From: Octopus sinensis
Lineage: Eukaryota
Assembly (NCBI RefSeq): GCF_006345805.1
Contig: NC_043010.1
Coordinates: 6,820,001-6,884,000 of the forward strand
Length of the DNA: 64,000 bases
Direction of reading: 5' to 3'
Shown: positions 1 through 12,628 of the stretch, piece by piece
Layout of the letters: the number at the start of each line of letters is the position of its first letter
Position numbering within the stretch: the first letter of the stretch is position 1
Program-made: the position numbers and the translations under genes
Notes under the pieces: model-generated
What the model was told of the DNA's origin: nothing
Databases searched by the model: none
The model's input: the letters and a program-made list of their open reading frames with translations, nothing else

Positions 1-185
1 TTGTTTTTGTTGTTTGCTTGAACAAGCCTATGATCAAAGCATGCCATCAGGAACATCCCATCTTTTTTGAGGACTGCTACCAAAGACTATATTACCCAAT
101 GTACTTTGTTCTTACAAAAGACAATAGGGCATAATTTTAGAGAGGTTTGGCCACTTTTTCTAGAAAGCCAAGCGACCATGTTGGC
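1..185 (-). mobile_element. Degenerate SINE-like repeat (family E), cut by the window edge
   Basis: cctatgatcaaagcat...catccc...acattacccaatgt...tttctag block; related copies at 35075-35800, 38095-38200 and 42655-42875. Confidence 0.5.
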
Positions 186-244
186 TTGTATAAAAAAAAA
201 CAGTCATTTTTATAAACAGCAAATTGTTTTCCTTCCCTACATAT

Positions 245-490
245 CATCACCATCATGATGATGATGATCATCATCTTTTAACATCTACTTTTCTGGCCTT
301 TTATGAGTTGGACATGATTATGCTGAGACAGAGTTGTCTACAACCAGATATTTCTATTTCGATGTAATAATCTCCCAATCTAACAAACAACAAGCAATCT
401 AAACATATTTAAATGGAGAACTGGGAACGGACGACCCCATAGAAATGAGTCGTTTGTTTACAAGGATTGTGCAACATATCAGACATATTA
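245..490 (-). mobile_element. Degenerate RTE-related repeat (family D)
   Basis: (CAT)n followed by tttaacatc-acttttc...atgagttggac, the reverse of the family-D 3' end seen at 9617 and 19770. Confidence 0.45.
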
Positions 491-679
491 AGAAACCCAG
501 ATGTGCTTTTGTAGTGGACTTCTAGTAAATAAAACCATTCATAAAACCATTGTTTATAGTCACCTTCCTTTTACCATAACATGATATTTATAGTTTATAT
601 TACTCAACACATATGCACAGTTTTAGGTTTAGTATTCTGTAAAAATAGTCGTAAATTAAAGGAGAGTACTTAACAGTAG

Positions 680-982
680 CAATCCCACTGTATAGCACCT
701 TGGACAAGTTTCTTTTACTATAGCCCCTGGGCCAGCGAAAACTTTGAGAGTGGATTTAGCAAACAGACACTAAAATAAGCCCATTGTATGTGTGTATTTG
801 TTGTTCCCCCCCACCACTTGACAACTTGGCTTCTATACATCCTTGTAAGTTAGCAGTTCAGCAAAAGAGAACAATAGAATAAGTACCAGGTTAAGAAGAG
901 CTAAGTACAGCAGTCAATTCGTTTCATTAAATCCTTTCTAGTGCCCCAGTATGGCTGCAGTTCAAGTAAAAGATGAAAGATA
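680..982 (+). mobile_element. Family A tRNA-derived SINE, old diverged copy
   Basis: cccactg...caccttggacaag...gttcagcaaaagaga...aagtaaaaga matches the family A layout. Confidence 0.7.
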
Positions 983-1150
983 ACTAGTGGGACAACACAA
1001 TATTTTCTGGTGTAATGAAGAAGTTTATTGACCCCCTAATGGAAAGGAGCTCCTTTATCAATCTGCTTGGATTCTTATGCTTCTAAATTAGTGTTGCAAT
1101 TTTACTTTGTCTGTCTCTATTCCGTCCAATGTTTTTTTAAGCATTGGCTA

Positions 1151-1360
1151 TACTCTTTACTCTTTTACTTGTTTCAGTCATTTGACTGCGGCCATGCTGG
1201 AGCACCACCTTTAGTCAAGCAAATCGACCCCAGAACTTATTCTTTGTAAGCCCAGTACTTATTCTCTCGGTCTCTTTTGCCGAACCGCTAAGTGACAGGG
1301 ACGTAAACACACCAGCATCAGTTGTCAAGCAATGCTAGGGGGACAAACACAGACACACAA

Positions 1361-1399
<39 letters not shown>

Positions 1400-1581
1400 C
1401 ATACATATACATATATACGACAGGCTTCTTTCAGTTTCCGTCTACCAAATCCACTCACAAGGCATTGGTCGGCCCGGGGCTATAGCAGAAGACACTTGCC
1501 CAAGGTGCCACCCACGCAGTGGGACTGAACCCAGAACCATGTGGTTGGTCGGTTAGCAAGCTACTTACCATACAGCCCCAT
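1151..1581 (-). mobile_element. Family A tRNA-derived SINE (octopus OR2/CORE-like), near full length
   Basis: Reverse strand shows A/B-box head (ggctgt..ggt / ggttcagtccc), CORE-like caccttgggcaagtgtc, internal (TA)(TG) microsatellite and (GTAAAAGA)n tail. Confidence 0.9.
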
Positions 1582-2159
1582 CTAGTTTCCTTTCCAGTAC
1601 CAAAGTTAGAGTCCACGCAGTGCTGCCGTATAATAGTTTTTCCAGCTACATACATAAAACCCCTAACTCTTTATATTCATGGTAAATATCGTTCTATATC
1701 AGACATTATTTTTCTTGTTATGCAATCTGGTCCCCTTGCTTTCTTTACCTTCCAGTTGAGAATTTTATAATTGTACAGTATTTTTCTAACAGCAAGGGTA
1801 CTAAGATCCGTTACCTTATTTTTATTTTCTTTTGCATTGGCATTTATTTTGCATTTAGCTCTGTTTTAAGTATTAATCTAATGCATCTACAATATTCCTT
1901 CCTAATCTTTGCTTTCATTCCTCTGTATTGCACATTGTCTACTTCATTGATTCCTAAGTATTTGTATGACTTTGGACTAATTCTCTTATCTTAGTGTTTT
2001 CTTTTTTTTGTTTTATCTAGCATGTTATTAGTGTTTTTGATTAAATTTTATCCTCTTCTACTGCTATTACTATCAGCATCATCATTCTTATTGTTATTGT
2101 CCACATCATCACTATTGTCATCGTCATCGTCAATGTTATCATCTTTGGTATTGTCATTG

Positions 2160-2250
2160 TCGTCATCAACATTATCATCCTCATCAACATTATCATCCTC
2201 ATCAACATTATCATCCTCATCAACATTATCATCCTCATCATCATAATCAT
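2160..2250. repeat. 18-bp minisatellite (tcatcaacattatcatcc) x4 inside a CAT-rich tract
   Basis: Directly visible tandem copies. Confidence 0.85.
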
Positions 2251-2449
2251 CATCTACTATAATAATACTCCATCACAACATACGAATGAGAAAGGAAGCA
2301 GTGATAGATGAATAAGCAGTGATAGATGAATAAGGAAGGAAGGGGTAGTAGGATAGGTAGTGATAGATGAATAAGGAAGCAAACTGGTAGTAGGAGCATT
2401 TCAACTCTGTGTTAGTATATGTTGTGTATGTAAAAATGAAGTTATGTGA

Positions 2450-2508
<59 letters not shown>

Positions 2509-2537
2509 TGTGTGCGTGTGTGTGTGTGCGTGTGTGC
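2450..2537. repeat. (TG)n microsatellite
   Basis: Directly visible. Confidence 0.95.
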
Positions 2538-2890
2538 AATGGAAGTGGAAGGGTGAACATCCAATGCTGAAAGGAAAAATCAAACAGCGTTTCAACTCTG
2601 TGAGTATATTTGTCTATGTGTGTGCATGTACAAGGGAAGTATCTGAATGTTTGCATGTGTAATTACCCTGTACTGTATTTTGTACCTTATTTATATATAA
2701 AATACTACAATTAGCCATCACTTTTGATGGCATGGAACCAACTAGTCATTTAATATTGAGCATTGCTAACTTATAGAGTTTTGTCAATCAACTATTGCGA
2801 AAGGCAAGATGAATCCAGCAATCAATCAACAGAGGAGCATTTCACCATTTCCCTTTGACAAGGAAGGACAAGTATTTCTCCTCTGTTGGC

Positions 2891-3200
2891 TCTCTCTTTT
2901 ACTCTTTTCTCTCTTTTACTTGTTTCAATCATTTGACTGCGACCATGCTGGAGCACCGCGTTTAGTCGAGCAACTCGACCCTGGGACTTATTCTTTTGTA
3001 AGCCCAGTACTTATTCTATCGGTCTCTTTTGCCGAACCGCTAAGTAACGGGGACATAAACACACCAGCATCGGTTGTCAAGCAATGCTAGGGGGACAAAT
3101 ACAGACACACAAACACACACACGCATACATATATATATATATATACATATATACGACGGGCTTCTTTCAGTTTCCGTCTACCAATCCACTCACAAGGCTT
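2891..3200 (-). mobile_element. Family A SINE, head-truncated, left arm of an inverted pair
   Basis: Tail ctcttttac at 2891; breaks off at cacaaggctt (3200). Confidence 0.9.
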
Positions 3201-3471
3201 CTGAAAGAAGCCCGTCGTATATATTATTATATAATATATATATGTATGCGTGTGTGTGTTTGTGTGTCTGTATTTGTCCCCCTAGCATTGCTTGACAACC
3301 GATGCTGGTGTGTTTATGTCCCCGTCACTTAGCGGTTCGGCAAAAGAGACTGATAGAATAAGTACTGGGCTTACAAAAGAATAAGTCCCGGGGTCGAGTT
3401 GCTCGATTAAAGGTGGTGCTCCAGCATGGCCGCAGTCAAATGACTGAAACAAGTAAAAGAGTAAAAGAGTA
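3201..3471 (+). mobile_element. Family A SINE, head-truncated, right arm of an inverted pair
   Basis: Starts at ctgaaagaagcccgtcg, ends at gtaaaagagtaaaagagt. Confidence 0.9.
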
Positions 3472-4089
3472 ATGTCATCAAGATTTTTTAACTTATGCAT
3501 TAAAAGATATATCAATAGACAGTGAAATTAAAATGAAATAACCTTATAAAGCAAATAGCTTCTGTATGTTATATTTTTCTCCTTTATGCATACCAGACCA
3601 AAGGCTGTGGCCATGCTGGGGCACCACCATTATTCAGTTATTCATTTTGTTGTTTTTTTGCTGTTAGGTTTAAATGCTTATCAGTATTATAAGAACAGAC
3701 ATACATATATTGGTAGGAGAGAAAGTAGATATTCAAATATGCTGACTTAACACCATTGTATTTCCACAGGACTTACTAGTTATTATTATTTTTATCATTT
3801 TCAATTGCATCTTCTTCCAGTTCTGGTACCATTTCTTGCTGAGTGTCTTCCTGACACCTAGGGTAGGGAAACATACTGTATACATTGGTAGGCCATTAAA
3901 ACGAGCACACCAGATTGTTCATTTACTGAGTCATGTGACAGAGAAAAGGGGGAAGACAGAGAGAAAAACTAAAAAATAAAAAATAGAAAAGTAAATAACT
4001 AAAATAAAGGGGGAAAAAAGAAAATTTCCAGTGACTATGCTCTTCTCAATATGTGTGACGTACCAGTTAAGACAATCTTTTGCATTTTT

Positions 4090-4428
4090 AGCATGGATGG
4101 TAAGCTTGCTCATGAAATTAACATGCAAATGGCTGAGCACTCCACAGGCACATGTACCCTTAACATAGTTCTCAGGGAGATTCAGCATAACACACAGTGT
4201 GACAAGGCTGGCCCTTTGAAATACAGGTACAACAGAAACATGAAGAAATAAGTGAGAGAAAGTTGTGGTGAAAGAGTACAACAGGGTTTGCCACCATCCC
4301 CTGCCAGAGCCTCGTGGAGCTTTAGATGTTTTTTGCTCAATAAACATTAAACAATGCCCAGTCTGGGAATCAAAACCACGATCCTATGACCGCGAGTTCG
4401 CTACCCAAACCACTGGGCCATTGCACCC
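4090..4428 (-). mobile_element. Family B tRNA-derived SINE (OR1-like)
   Basis: Reverse head gcaatggcccagtggtt...ttgattcccagac; body shared with 13197-13559. Confidence 0.85.
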
Positions 4429-4458
4429 ATTATATATTATATTATATATTATATATTA

Positions 4459-4840
4459 TACTCTCTTTACTTGTTTCAGTCATTTGACTGCGGCCATGCT
4501 GGAGCACCGCGTTTAGTCGAGGACTTATTCTTTGTAAGCCCAGTACTTATTCTATCGGTCTCTTTTGCTGAACCGCTAAGTGACGGGGACATAAACACAC
4601 TAGCATTGGTTGTCAAGCAATGCTAGGGGGACAAACACAGACACACAAACACACACACAAACTTATAAATATATATATACATATATACGACAGGCTTCCT
4701 TCAGTTTCCGTCTACCAAATCCACTCACAAGGCATTGGTCAGCCTGGGGCTATAGCAGAAGACACTTGCCCAAGATACCACTGAACCCGGAACCATGTGG
4801 TTGGTTAGCAAGCTACTTACCACACAGCCACTCCTGTGCC
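4459..4840 (-). mobile_element. Family A SINE with small internal deletions
   Basis: Same head, core and tail as 1151-1581. Confidence 0.9.
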
Positions 4841-4886
4841 TATTATATATATTATAATATTATATTATATATATAATAATAATAAC

Positions 4887-4935
<49 letters not shown>

Positions 4936-5859
4936 GTTATTATTATTATTATTAACATGAGTGTGTATTTTAGTCTAGTAGTTATGGAGTCATTTCACTA
5001 TTTATTGGTAATATGACACTTTTATTTATATTGCAACAAACACTTGAGTGATCTATCTGAAATTTAACATTACTCTCTCTCCTTTTTCCTTTCCATCTAT
5101 TATTTTTGTGTGTTTATGTTTTTCACAAATGAACGAACAGGTAAAAAGGTGAAGAATAAATGAAACAAATATACAGCAGTAAAAATAAAATATATAAAAT
5201 ATATATAAAAAAAAATACAAGACAGGATATTTTTGCAAGCAATCGTTAGAATGTTTATGTCATTTGAGAGAAGTGCGTGGAAAAAGATGAGAATGAATTG
5301 ATGCTATAAAAGAACAGGAATATTAAAATGTAAACCGATCCTACAAAAGCAAGACAACCATTGCATCACGTGATCTTGCCCCTGGTTACCAAAATGTGAG
5401 AGGACAGCATAAAAGCAGGATTTTTAATGGAAAATGTGTGAAGAGAAAATATATATAAAAAAAAACAGGCAACAAATGTAAATAAATATAGGAATGTTTC
5501 TCTTCCTATCATTCATATTCATGATGTGGAATAATATTCTCCTCTTTCTTTTTTTCATATTGCAGTTCTAATTTTTTCTTCTTTGTTTTTTATTTTTATT
5601 TTTATCGTTTTGTAACTTTTAAACTAAAATACATACTAACCTATCATTAGTCATAACAACGACATCAACAATGATGATGAAGATGGCAACCTCAACTGTA
5701 ATAACAATAACAATTTTTATAATTGCCACAAGGGCATTGAGAAAATTAACTAATAGAAAAAAAAGTACAATTCAGATACGTGTGGATAAATAAGAAGTGA
5801 CGAGCTCGTTAGACATGCTATGAAATCGACAGGCAGGAAAACAGGAAAACAGACAGAAA

Positions 5860-5921
5860 AACAGATAGACAGACATAGATGAATAGCTAGATAGACAGGC
5901 AGATAGATAGAGAGAGAGATT

Positions 5922-6018
<97 letters not shown>

Positions 6019-6315
6019 ATTTCTTTATTGGCCACACAGGGCTGCATACAGATGGGACAAGTTACAAGGTAGAGCTTTTCTTTTGGGGAATGAAAAAAAC
6101 AAAAAACAAGAAACAAAAGAAACAAAAGAAAAGGTGGCGTAGGTTTTCGATCAAAAGGGATCGTAAAAGGGAAAAAAAAATTAAATTAAAAAAAAAAGAT
6201 AGATAGATAAATAGATAGATATATAGATAGATAGACAGACAGGTTGATAGATAGATAGGCAGATAGATAGATAGATAAATGGATAGACGGATTGACAGGC
6301 AGAGATAGATAGATG

Positions 6316-6391
<76 letters not shown>

Positions 6392-6454
6392 TAGACAGAT
6401 ATAGACAGATAGATAGATGGATGGATGGATGGATGGATGGATAGATAGATAGAT

Positions 6455-6518
<64 letters not shown>

Positions 6519-6560
6519 TAGATAGATAGAGAGGCAGGCAGATAGAAAGATAGATAGACA
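5860..6560. repeat. (GATA)n microsatellite region interrupted by a LINE 3' end
   Basis: Long gata runs at 5922-6016 and 6198-6560. Confidence 0.95.
6017..6197 (-). mobile_element. 3' UTR end of a Tx1-like LINE embedded in (GATA)n
   Basis: Reverse strand ends ttgtcccatctgtatgcagccctgtgtggccaataaagaaattt, similar to the 3' end of the ORF-bearing Tx1-like copy at 18317. Confidence 0.6.
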
Positions 6561-7808
6561 GAGAGAGGGGGATAGACAGATAGATAGATGAAGAGACTAG
6601 GCAAGAGAGAGAAGGGAAGTGAGTGGGAAAGAAAGAAGGGTGAGAGAGAGAAAGAGAGAGTAGAAGAGACAGAGAGAAATGAAGGTCTCTCTCTCTGAAA
6701 TTGCAAAAGTAGGTGTTACTTTAAAACAGTGGAAACTATCACTGGAAATCAGTGAAACAATGTGTGAAATGAAGGAAGAACAAAAAAAAGTGAGACATGC
6801 CGATTGAAAGAAACATAATTAAGAGATTAGCACATGAAGTTAAATCAAGAATTCCTACATAAGAAGGAAAGGTATTTATGAACTCAAGTAGAACTCAAGA
6901 GAATTCTGTGCTACATTTTACTGTTGTATACAAACTGAAGCAAAAATACAAACAAAAGAAATACAGTTTATCTTAATACATATATATACACATTCTTGCC
7001 TTCTTTCATTCACTCTAACTCTCCATCTCTCCACCTCAAACTCTTTCTCTCCCCCTCTCTCTTTCTTTCTCTCTCTTCCTGTTGGAAGAGAAGTTGCAGC
7101 CATCCCCATGGAAAATTAAATTTGAAGGCTAACAAATTAGCTAATGTAAAGTTAATCATACACAAAATATAAAACAAGAAGCAAACGTACAAATGGATGG
7201 TTAAAAGTATAAACTATGTAGAAACAAAATACATAGAACAAAGAAATAAAATCAAACATTAAAAAAAAAAACACTAGCATCAAATATACAAATAAAAACT
7301 ACAAAACTAAATATAAAATTCTAAAAAACAAAAGCATAAAAATACAAGCTAAAACACAGAAACATTAATTTACTGCTTAGGTACAAAACCTATTGAAATG
7401 TCAATGGATCTGAACCTGCTTTGTTTCTGGAACTTAAGAGACCGACCCATGGAGAAATGAAATACAAAGATTTCTGATGGAATTTGACTTCAGAACATTC
7501 GGGGACAAAATTTAATTTACTATGTCATTTAGGTATGTGTTTCTGTTGTTTTTGCTAATTCACAGACTCTTTTGCAAACACAAAGCAAACAATTTGTCTT
7601 AGATGTGCAAGAAAATTTTAAAGAATTTACAAAATACAATAACAGATTTCAGTATATTTAAAGAAAATATCGACAAACAAAATCTGCATAATAACAACTT
7701 ATGCTAAAATAAAATGACAAAAAAAAAAGATAAAAGGAAAACAACTAATCAATGAATGGTGAAAAGGAAAAAAGGAAAACAACAGCAATGAAAATAAAAA
7801 TTAAATTA

Positions 7809-8220
7809 GTGGCTGTGTGGTAGGTAGCTTGTTTACCAACCACATGGTTCCGGGTTCAGTCCCACTGTGTGCCACCTTGGGCAAGTGTCTTCTACTATAG
7901 CCTTGGGCTGACCAAAGCCTTGTGAGTGGATTTGGTAGACAGAAACTGAAAGAACCCCATCGTATATATATATATATATGTATGTGTGTGTATATGTTTG
8001 TGTGTCTGTTTGTCCCCCTAGCATCGCTTGACAACCGATGCTGGTGTGTTTATGTCCCCGTTACTTAGCGGTTCAGCAAAAGAGACCAATAGAATAAGTA
8101 CTGGGCTTACAAAAGAATAAGTCCCGGGGTTGAGTTGCTCGATTAAAGGCGGTGCTCCAGCATGGCTGCAGTCAAATGACTGAAACAACTAAAAGAGTAA
8201 AAGAGAGAGTAAAGAGTAAA
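7809..8220 (+). mobile_element. Family A SINE flanked by a ~130-bp direct duplication
   Basis: gtggctgtgtgg head to gtaaaagag tail; flanks 7675-7808 and 8218-8345 are near-identical. Confidence 0.9.
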
Positions 8221-8689
8221 CAAAATCTGTATAATAACAACTTATGCTAAAATAAAATGACAAAAAAAAAAAGGAAAACAACTAATCAATGAATGGTGAA
8301 AAGGAGAAAAGGAAAACAACAGCAATGAAAATAAAAATTAAATTAATAAGTGTTCAGCTAGGTGAGTTTCGGAAGTTTGCTGGGCAACAATGTGATTCTG
8401 GATTCAATCGCAGAGGAAAATATCTTGAGAAAATGATTTTTTTTTCAATATGCAGTATCACAATGAACAGTGTCTTGTGAGTGGAATTTAGTAGTTGGCA
8501 ACTTAAAAATGAGTACTACTTGTTCTCAATTTTAGTCAAATATAATGGAGTAATGTAAGATGAAGTAGCTTACTCCAGGACCCAGTCTGAAATCTGATCT
8601 CACAACCCAATGGTCTTAAGTCCAACACTCTATCCACTAGATTGCACACCTTTACGAGCATCATAGCCACCAGCAATTGATTAATTTAT

Positions 8690-9170
8690 GCAATATCTAT
8701 AGTAGTTTCAATACAATGAAAAATCTTTTGTGGAACAACATCCAAGCCAATACTAGCACGAGCAAAGAAAGACAGAAAATGAAATAGAATTCACAAATCT
8801 CAACGAAAGTGAAAGTGGAAATAGAGTGATGAAAATAAAAGGAGAGATTGTTTGGAAATATGAAATAAAGAAATTCTGAAAACAAAAGAGTGCCTAAAGC
8901 AACAACTTCCAGTGAAGACACAAAGGATTTGAAGGTATGAAGAGCAGCTATGATTTTTTTATGAGCAAACCAAATTCCCCATTCAACCCAAAGAAATTCT
9001 ACCAGGGAATCAAGGAATCAAGGAATCAGTAAAAATATATAAGGGTTCCATATATCAACTACAAAATTAGAAACTGAAGAATACGAGGGGTAAAAGAAAG
9101 TAAGATGGCAAACCAACAGAACTGTAAAACTAGAAATACACCAGAAAGAAATCTAAGGAGAAACATAAGA
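8690..9170 (+). mobile_element. Degenerate Dong/R4-type LINE ORF fragment
   Basis: Translation ..CLKQQLPVKTQRI*RYEEQ..YEQ..NPKKFYQGI resembles the R4/Dong pre-RT region (LKQ..AKAQRIRRYE..NPKKFY). Confidence 0.55.
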
Positions 9171-9339
9171 CTGTAGAGTAAGTGATTAAACATGATGCAA
9201 ACATCATGATTCAGGGTTCAATCTCACAGAGCAACACTTTGTACAACTGTTTCCTTCTGTAACCTCACATTGACTAATGCATTATAAAAGGAATTTTTTT
9301 TAGTTAGAAACTGGGCAGATATATCTGTCAGTTATAACA

Positions 9340-9960
9340 ACAGCATCATCATATAGGGTACACTTTTCCATGTGTGCATGGAAAATTTGCTGAAGCAGAT
9401 TTCTATGGTCAGATTCCCTTCTTGTCACCAACCTTCACTTATTTCCGAATAAGCCAGTATTTTCTCATAACTAAGCATGTTTCTCACAGAAGACTAGAAG
9501 TACATATCACTTGAATTATGATGATAGTCCTTTACAGCTATCACGTGATGTTTAGACAATGGTACAAACAAACATACACACTCACTCTCACACATATACA
9601 TACATAAACATATGTCATCATTATCATCATCATCATCATCATCATCCGTTAACGTCAGTCTTCCATGCTGGCATGAGTTGGACAGTTTGACAGGAGCTGG
9701 CAAACCAGAGGGCTCCAGCAAGCTTCTCAACAAGACCTACGTGCTGGCCCCTTTACATACATACATAGGTGTGTGTGTGTGTGTGTGTGTGTGCGTGTGT
9801 GCATATGTGTGTGTGGGTGTGTATTGTGTGTGTGTGTATGTATGTATGTATGTATATTATTTTGTATGGTTTCCACAAGATGGCCTTCCTAATGCCAACC
9901 ACTCCAAGAGTGTAATGGGTGCTTTTATGTGCCAGCAGTATGGGTGCCAGTCGCATAGCA
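9340..9960 (-). mobile_element. Two adjacent RTE-related family D repeats, the second interrupted by a TG/TA microsatellite
   Basis: (CAT)n + gttaacgtc..ttccatgctggcatgagttggac tail; ccttcctaatgccaacc and gggtgctttt motifs. Confidence 0.65.
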
Positions 9961-10075
9961 CCAATCTCTGCCACAATTTCAATTTCACTTGGCTTGATGG
10001 AACTTCTTCTCAAGAACTAACATATTTATTCATTCATTCTGAATCTGCTAAAACATATTCAGAATGAGTAGATAT

Positions 10076-10487
10076 ACTCTTTTACTCTTTTACCTGTTTC
10101 AGTCATTTGACTACGGCCATGCTGGAGCACCACCTTTTAGTCGAGCAACTCGACCCCGGGACTTATTCTTTTGTAAGCCCAGTACTTATTCTATCAGTCT
10201 CTTTTGCCGAACCGCTAAGTGACGGGGATATAAACAAACCAGCATCAGTTGTCAAGCAATGCTAGGGGGACAAACACAGACACACAAACATATACACACA
10301 CACTTATATATATATACATATATACGACAGGCTTCTTTCAGTTTCCGTCTACCAAATCCACTCACAAGGCATTGGTCAGCCCAGGGCTATAGCAGAAGAC
10401 ACTTGCCCAAGATGCCACGCAGCGGGACTGAACCTGGAACCATGTGGTTGGTTAGCAAGCTACATACCACACAGCCACTCCAGCGCC
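10076..10487 (-). mobile_element. Family A SINE, full length
   Basis: Complete head (ggcgc..gagtggctgtgtgg) to tail. Confidence 0.9.
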
Positions 10488-10911
10488 TATGTGCATCAGT
10501 AAATAATTTCTTTGCTGGTCCCTATAAACAAGAGCCTGTGCTCTTGTCAGATCTAATGGTCTGGTACAGCAGTTTTACTGAGCGAACACACAACAACATA
10601 AAAACACACCAGTCTGAGAGACTGAGTTCCTTTACACAAGTGAATCACAGGTGTTGTGAACATACACCATTTTGAGGGAGGTGGGTGTTCTCTGATGATG
10701 CAAAACAACAGTTATTAGATATTCAAGCTTGAATCTGTCAGAATGTTTTAAGAATGTGATAGATGATGCTTGGATTCTCACTGCTCTGCATGCTTTCCAT
10801 AATTTATTTTTGTTATTATCAATGTGTGTGTGTGTGTGGTGTAGAAGAAATACATGGGTAACCATGTATGATGAGAGGTTAAAATATGACAGAAGGACAG
10901 AAACATCAGAA

Positions 10912-11658
10912 AGGCGGCTAGCTGGCAGAAACGTTAGCACGCCGGGCAAAATGCGTAGCCGTATTTTGTCTGCCATTACGTTCCGAGTTCAAATTCTGCC
11001 AAGGTCGACTTTGCCTTTCATCCTTTCGGGGTCGATAAATTAAGTACTAGTTACACACTGGGGTCAATATAATCGACTTAATCCGTTTGTCTGTCCTTGT
11101 TTGTCCTCTGTGTTGAGCCCCTTGTGAGTAGTAAAGAAATAGCTATTTCGTCTGCTGCTACGTTCTGAGTTCAAAATTCGCCGAGGTCGACCTTTCGGGG
11201 TCGATTAAATAAGTACCAGTTGTACACTGGGGTCGATATAATCGACTTAATCCGTTTGTCTGTCCTTGTTTATCCTCTCTGTGTTTAGCCCCTTGTGGGT
11301 AGTAAAGAAATAGGTATTTCGTCCTACACTGCGTTCTGAGTTCAAAATCCGCCGAGTTTGACCTTTCGGGGTCGATTAAGTAAGTACCAGTTGCACACTG
11401 GGGTCGATATAATCGACTTAATCCGTTTGTCTGTCCGTGTTTGTCCTATCTGTGTTTAGCCCCTTGTGGGTAGTAAAGAATTAGGTATTTTGTCTGCTGC
11501 TACGTTCTGAGTTCAAAATCTGCCGCGGTCGACCTTTCGGTGTCAATTAAATAAGTACCAGTTGCACACTGGGGTCAATATAATCGACTTAATCCGTTTG
11601 TCTGTCCTTGTTTGTCCCCTCTATGTGTAGCCCCTTGTGGGCAGTAAGGAAATAAGAA
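10912..11658 (+). mobile_element. Family C SINE whose body is tandemly amplified (~171-bp unit, 4 copies)
   Basis: One head ggcggctagctggcagaaacgttagc; the unit end g(t/c)agtaa(a/g)gaaat recurs at ~11128, 11299, 11470 and 11641. Confidence 0.9.
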
Positions 11659-11922
11659 ACACCTGTTTCTGGCCCTGTTCTGTTTCTGTCCATCTATCAT
11701 ATTTTAACCTCTCATCACCTGATTTAAAGCCACCTCTCTCAATAGTAATCAGTGTCTCTGTTAGAGTTGTTTGTGTTGCAAGTTACGTGGTAACCTCACT
11801 GGTGCTGGTGCCATGTAAAAAACGCCCAGTAAACTCTGTAAAGGGATTGGTGTTAGGAAGGGCATCTAGCTACAGAAACCATGTCAAAGCTGGCAGTAGA
11901 GCTTGATGCAGACATCTAGTTT

Positions 11923-12178
11923 GCCTGTTGTATATATGTATATATATATATATGTATGTGTGTGTATATGTTTGTCCCCCTAGCATTGCTTGACAACCAA
12001 TGCTGGTATGTTTACGTCCCTGTCACTTAGCGGTTCGGCAAAAGAGACCAATAGAATAAGTACTGGGCTTACAAAGAATAAGTCCTGGGGTCGATTTGCT
12101 CGACTAAAAGCGGTGCTCCAGCATGGCTGCAGTCAAATGACTGAAACAAGTAAAAGAGTAAAAGAGTAAAAAGAGAGT
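11923..12178 (+). mobile_element. Family A SINE, 3' half
   Basis: tttgtccccctagcattg...gtaaaagagtaaaagag. Confidence 0.9.
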
Positions 12179-12179
12179 A

Positions 12180-12270
12180 TACCATAAAAATCTCAAAGCT
12201 ATGAGACTGGCTATGATTAATTCAAAACAATGTGAATAAATAAGTATAAATCTGAATACCAAAGGGTTAA
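12180..12270. mobile_element. Possible terminus of a piggyBac-type MITE
   Basis: Ends aatctgaataccaaaggg|TTAA, i.e. a CCCTT-type TIR plus TTAA; the other end was not found. Confidence 0.35.
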
Positions 12271-12628
12271 CAATTACTGTGATAATGTTTATTTAATTAT
12301 ATTTTGTTTTTTTTATGTAGCATTTAGCTACATAACTAGCTTATCATTGATTCACTGAATGCATGATGCTAAAAAAAGACAAGGAATTGTCTGAGCCACT
12401 CAGTCAGAACAAATGCCAGGTAGGATATTTTTATTAGAAAGCATTGTTTATAAAGTTCTTTTAATGATATTCACATTCTTCACTGATGTATAATGGTGAC
12501 ACACTGACACACATATGCACAGGCAAACAACACACATACATACAGATATGCAAACACATGCATACACACACACACACACACACACACATACACATACACA
12601 AATGCATTTAATAAATAATATACATATT

